The notes below the pieces were generated by a model. That model ran no database searches, was not told the origin of the DNA, and was given only the letters and a program-made list of their open reading frames with translations. From Pseudomonadota bacterium (lineage in GTDB: Bacteria; Bdellovibrionota_B; Oligoflexia; Oligoflexales; CAIYRB01), in NCBI GenBank assembly GCA_031416315.1, contig JANOTL010000095.1, positions 1 through 60,166 of the forward strand: a stretch of 60,166 bases of DNA. The letters run 5' to 3'. Shown piece by piece: positions 59,326 to 60,166 of this stretch. Position 1 is the first letter of the stretch. Every line of letters starts with the position of its first letter. A program made the position numbers and the translations under genes.

Positions 59326-59575
59326 GCCGAAAGATCTTTTGACGTCTTTGCAGCTCCGTCGCCAGCTTCAAGGCGATGTTGCCGGCATCGGAGCGGACGA
59401 GATAAGCAGGTTTTTCCGGCGAGCCGTTGCGGCGGATGTTCTTGCCCTTGATCGTGCGCGTCACGGGGGCGAAAAAGACTTCCTCGACGACTCCTTCGAT
59501 CAGGTAGCTCATCCAGCGCCACTCGACGGGGTCTCCGACGGCGAAGGTCTCGAAGATCTGCGGTTGAGGCTTCAC
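59318..59575 (-). CDS. DUF2945/HVA1 (Tudor-like) small protein
   Basis: GDPVEWRW...G...V...IKG..IRRNGS.EKPAYLV.SD.G...LK. Confidence 0.75.
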   Translation of the reverse strand: MKPQPQIFETFAVGDPVEWRWMSYLIEGVVEEVFFAPVTRTIKGKNIRRNGSPEKPAYLVRSDAGNIALKLATELQRRQKIFRLS

Positions 59576-59785
59576 GTGCTTGATCCGCGTTTGGATGTTT
59601 CGCGCCTGAGAGTCTAGGCAGCAGACACCAAAGTGTGACCGCTGCGCCGAATTTATCGTATTTCATTGTAAATATTAATGAAATCGGATCCCGGCAGCGC
59701 CGCGCCGGCATCGCGGCCCATTCGCCTCAATTGGCAGCGTCGGTTAGACTGCGAACAACGATTCCAAACATTGGAGGTGCATTGC

Positions 59786-60166
59786 ATGAGTCAGAAGCTT
59801 TTCCGAGTCCTGTCGGCGCTCGTGTTCTTGTTCAACGTCAACTTCGCGGCTAGCGCGTATGGCGCATCGACGAAACACGCGCATCACGATCATGCCCAGG
59901 CCGATGCCGCGCACGCGGATTCCGACGCCACGAACGCGCAAGCCGATGCGGCGCACGCGCATGGCGACGACGGCACGTGTCCCGAAGATGGCTGTTGTTG
60001 TTGTTGTGAAGACGGCACCTGTCCGGCGGACGGCTGCTGCGGTGAAGGCGGCTGCTGCGGTGAAGGCGGCTGCTGCGGTGAAGGCGGCTGCTGCGGTGAA
60101 GGCGGCTGCTGCGGTGAAGGCGGCTGCTGCGGTGAAGGCGGCTGCTGCGGTGAAGGCGGCTGCTGC
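59786..60166 (+). CDS. Secreted His-rich/Cys-rich metallothionein-like protein (3' end outside the window)
   Basis: GGAGG RBS; MSQKLFRVLSALVFLFNVNFAASAYGASTKHAHHDHAQADAAHADSDATNAQADAAHAHGDDGTCPEDGCCCCCEDGTCPAD(GCCGEG)n. Confidence 0.75.
   Translation, partial: MSQKLFRVLSALVFLFNVNFAASAYGASTKHAHHDHAQADAAHADSDATNAQADAAHAHGDDGTCPEDGCCCCCEDGTCPADGCCGEGGCCGEGGCCGEGGCCGEGGCCGEGGCCGEGGCCGEGGCC
60032..60166 (+). repeat. 18-bp perfect tandem repeat encoding GCCGEG
   Basis: GGCTGCTGCGGTGAAGGC x7.5, continuing to the window end. Confidence 0.95.

Noticed and set aside
60032..60166. Terminal repeat as a CRISPR array or as a TGA/Sec repeat
   Set aside because: The units are contiguous 18-mers with no spacers. 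The TGA in GGTGAAGGC is out of frame with the ATG/RBS-supported ORF.

Overview
GC-rich bacterial chromosomal segment; the gene content resembles Oligoflexia/Bdellovibrionota-type organisms (inference). The main finding is a selenocysteine locus at 44.6-48.8 kb. It contains tRNA-Sec (selC), a divergent and unusually long SelB whose C-terminal SECIS-binding winged-helix module is duplicated, and a convergent lipoprotein gene. The apparent TGA stop of that lipoprotein gene is the first of six in-frame TGA codons before a TAA, giving the tail ...GV-U-GPGNSM-U-SPNQGS-U-FAGGV-U-GPGSA-U-AGSY-U-G*, a candidate multi-selenocysteine protein beside what may be a specialised decoding apparatus. The 3' end of selC is an integration hotspot carrying two tandem genomic islands (att repeats at 26462, 39926 and 44581). 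One has a tyrosine integrase, a HigBA-like toxin-antitoxin pair and a relaxase remnant; the other is a decayed mosaic with IS91-like transposase::HATPase chimeras, a P-type ATPase, USP, ADH and many gene fragments. The left arm holds a putative sigma54-controlled stress/dormancy cluster (USPs, CBS, HPF, SpoIIE-type phosphatases), secreted proteins, ABC-F, tRNA-Thr and an IS. The right arm has a sensor kinase, a bacterial Nav-like channel, a Fur-boxed Fe3+ ABC transporter, a methyltransferase-FDX-ACB fusion and a secreted His/Cys-repeat metallothionein-like ORF that runs off the window end.
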